A stretch of 51,112 bases of DNA from Craspedostauros australis (Eukaryota), in NCBI GenBank assembly GCA_030167865.1, contig JALAGF010005853.1, forward strand, positions 1-51,112. Direction: 5' to 3'. The position numbers and the translations under genes are program-made. This document shows positions 49,421-51,112 of this stretch, piece by piece (positions within the stretch are counted from its first letter, which is position 1; each line of letters opens with the position of its first letter). Below the pieces are notes generated by a model. It was given only the letters and a program-made list of their open reading frames with translations. It was not told where the DNA came from and searched no databases.

Positions 49421-50136
49421 GACACTTTGGCCGCCTTCGATGCTTTGTTGCCGATTGCTCCGTGTTCAAGTTTCAGATGATCGTGGTGGTCTGAATCTGT
49501 TCGTCGTTTTGGATTATGTTGATGATGATGCCGATGCCGATGCGGAGTGAGTCGCACAAACAACAACTCACCAAAATGTGAAACTGTGGATCGGCGAGGA
49601 GCCGCGCGCGTTGGAATGGGTTGAATAACGGTTATTAACGGCGATTCGTGAACGTGTTTCAACTCACGACCAACACGGAAATGGAGGGAGAGAGATTGAC
49701 CATGACGCTGGGACACCCGGCAAAAAGGGTCGAATTAGTCGATATTGGAGATGACTGGCCCAGCCAATTAAAACTTGTTGTAATGGCGATGACAAATATT
49801 CCCGCGAAAAGAATGCTCTCGACTCATGTTTTCGTTCTCAGGAACTCTTCGTGGGTCATAGCTTCGAGTTTCACTGTTGGGAGAATCATGGAGAAACTCC
49901 GAAAATGACCCTNNNNNNNNNNNNNNNNNNNNNNNNNNNNNNNNNNNNNNNNNNNNNNNNNNNNNNNNNNNNNNNNNNNNNNNNNNNNNNNNNNNNNNNN
50001 NNNNNNNNNNNNNNNNNNNNNNNNNNNNNNNNNNNNNNNNNNNNNNNNNNNNNNNNNNNNNNNNNNNNNNNNNNNNNNNNNNNNNNNNNNNNNNNNNNNN
50101 NNNNNNNNNNNNNNNNNNNNNNNNNNNNNNNNNNAT

Positions 50137-50204
50137 TTAAATAGCCGTCACTCGACTCAAATAGCCGTCATTAGATTTTAATAGCCGTCATTCGACTTAT
50201 TTAG
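50137..50204. repeat. 20-bp tandem repeat array 1 (TYAAATAGCCGTCAYTMGAY), 3 visible units, truncated by the gap
   Basis: Units start at 50137, 50157 and 50177 and end in TTATTTAG. Confidence 0.9.
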
Positions 50205-50660
50205 TTAGTCATCTGTTGTCTTCACGGGATACGTCTCCACCACTATTTTAGTAATTAGATCACTCCCTCACACCCCACAAAACGCAACAGCCGGCCATCA
50301 ACCACCGCTCACCCACACCAAGCAACACAGGAAGCTCAACCTTGGCAATCGGTCAACGCTGATCAACACTCATGCGAAGTTCAACGCTGCGATGAAGGTG
50401 TCTAGTCCATCTTGCATTGGCTTCCCTAACAGTCAATTTTTCGACTTGGCAAGGCTTCACATTTATAAGATAGCAATGAAATTTGAACGGTGACGACAAC
50501 ACTCCAAACGCACACCCGTCTCTGTTGTGATTCTTTGAGAGCAGAACAGAGCAGCGAAGAGCCATCAATTTGTGGGTTCGTTGGGAGACCAGGCGCATTT
50601 ACCTGGTTTGATCAATTTCCAAACTTGTCAACTTGGATCACGAGTAGAAAGCACTGCGAA

Positions 50661-50868
50661 TTAAATAGCCGTCGTTCGACTCAAATAGCCGTCACTCGAT
50701 TCAAATAGCCGCGACTCGACTTAAATAGCCGTCATTTGATTTAAATAGCCGTCATTCGATTCAAATAGCCGCGACTCGACTTAAATAGCCGTCATTAGAT
50801 TTAAATAGCCCTCACTCGATTCAAATAGCCGTTATTAGATTTAAATAGCCGTCATTCGAATTATTTAG
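50661..50868. repeat. 20-bp tandem repeat array 2, 10 units
   Basis: Units every 20 nt from 50661 to 50860 with an invariant AAATAGCC core, ending in TTATTTAG like array 1. Confidence 0.95.
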
Positions 50869-51112
50869 AATGTCGAACTGTATGGTTTCTTAACTGACGG
50901 GACTCGATCAAGCCGGCGAGCTGCATCGTTGCCTCGCTGTGTTTATCCGAAGTAGGACCAACAGGATGCCTCCATAAGTTCTTCGAAGGAAGACTTGTTC
51001 TTCATCGATGTCAAAACGTCGCATTTGGCTTTCTCGTGTCTGGGTGACAAAATCGTTCTTGGGTGTCGAATTAGTCGTACTAGTCGATTTTCGTTTCCGT
51101 TGCTTTTTGCCG

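Larger units (their letters stand above)
49714..51112. mobile_element. Candidate non-autonomous CACTA/EnSpm (CMC)-like DNA transposon, right end cut by the window
   Basis: Left end is CACCCGGCAAAAAG (49714-49727). The window ends in CTTTTTGCCG, the exact reverse complement of 49718-49727. GTCGAATTAGTCG occurs near both ends (49729, 51065). Internal 20-bp tandem arrays and an assembly gap are present. No transposase seen. Confidence 0.5.

Noticed and set aside
50137..50868. CRISPR array
   Set aside because: Units abut with a 20-nt period, the variable halves are recurrent variants rather than unique spacers, there are no cas genes, and the context is eukaryotic.

Overview
Gene-dense eukaryotic nuclear DNA with spliceosomal GT-AG introns of about 190-355 nt and two assembly gaps (252-280, 49913-50134). 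Gene content and style suggest a diatom, which is an inference. I reconstructed 18 protein-coding genes by hand. The left third looks like a metal-handling neighbourhood: an uncharacterised 6-TM protein with three H-x-x-E-[FY] motifs, a 1467-aa P1B-type Zn/Cd ATPase with a very large Cys/His-rich N-terminus, and a His-rich CDF/ZnT transporter. The other genes are TMEM144-like, C1D-like, C2H2+VASt, signal peptide peptidase, Myb (DMTF1/TTF1-like), CAF-1 subunit A, UBL-BAG, a Gln-rich protein with a GIRCxHC domain, an alpha/beta-hydrolase-like membrane protein, an SLC35C2-like transporter, SCO1 (two in-frame donors, one GC), a single-TM unknown, a SKP1-like protein with a Pro-rich tail, a WW protein and an SGNH/PC-esterase-like protein. 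The right end holds two arrays of a 20-bp repeat inside a candidate non-autonomous CACTA/EnSpm-like element. I found no rRNA, tRNA or CRISPR. All family calls come from motif recognition, not database searches.
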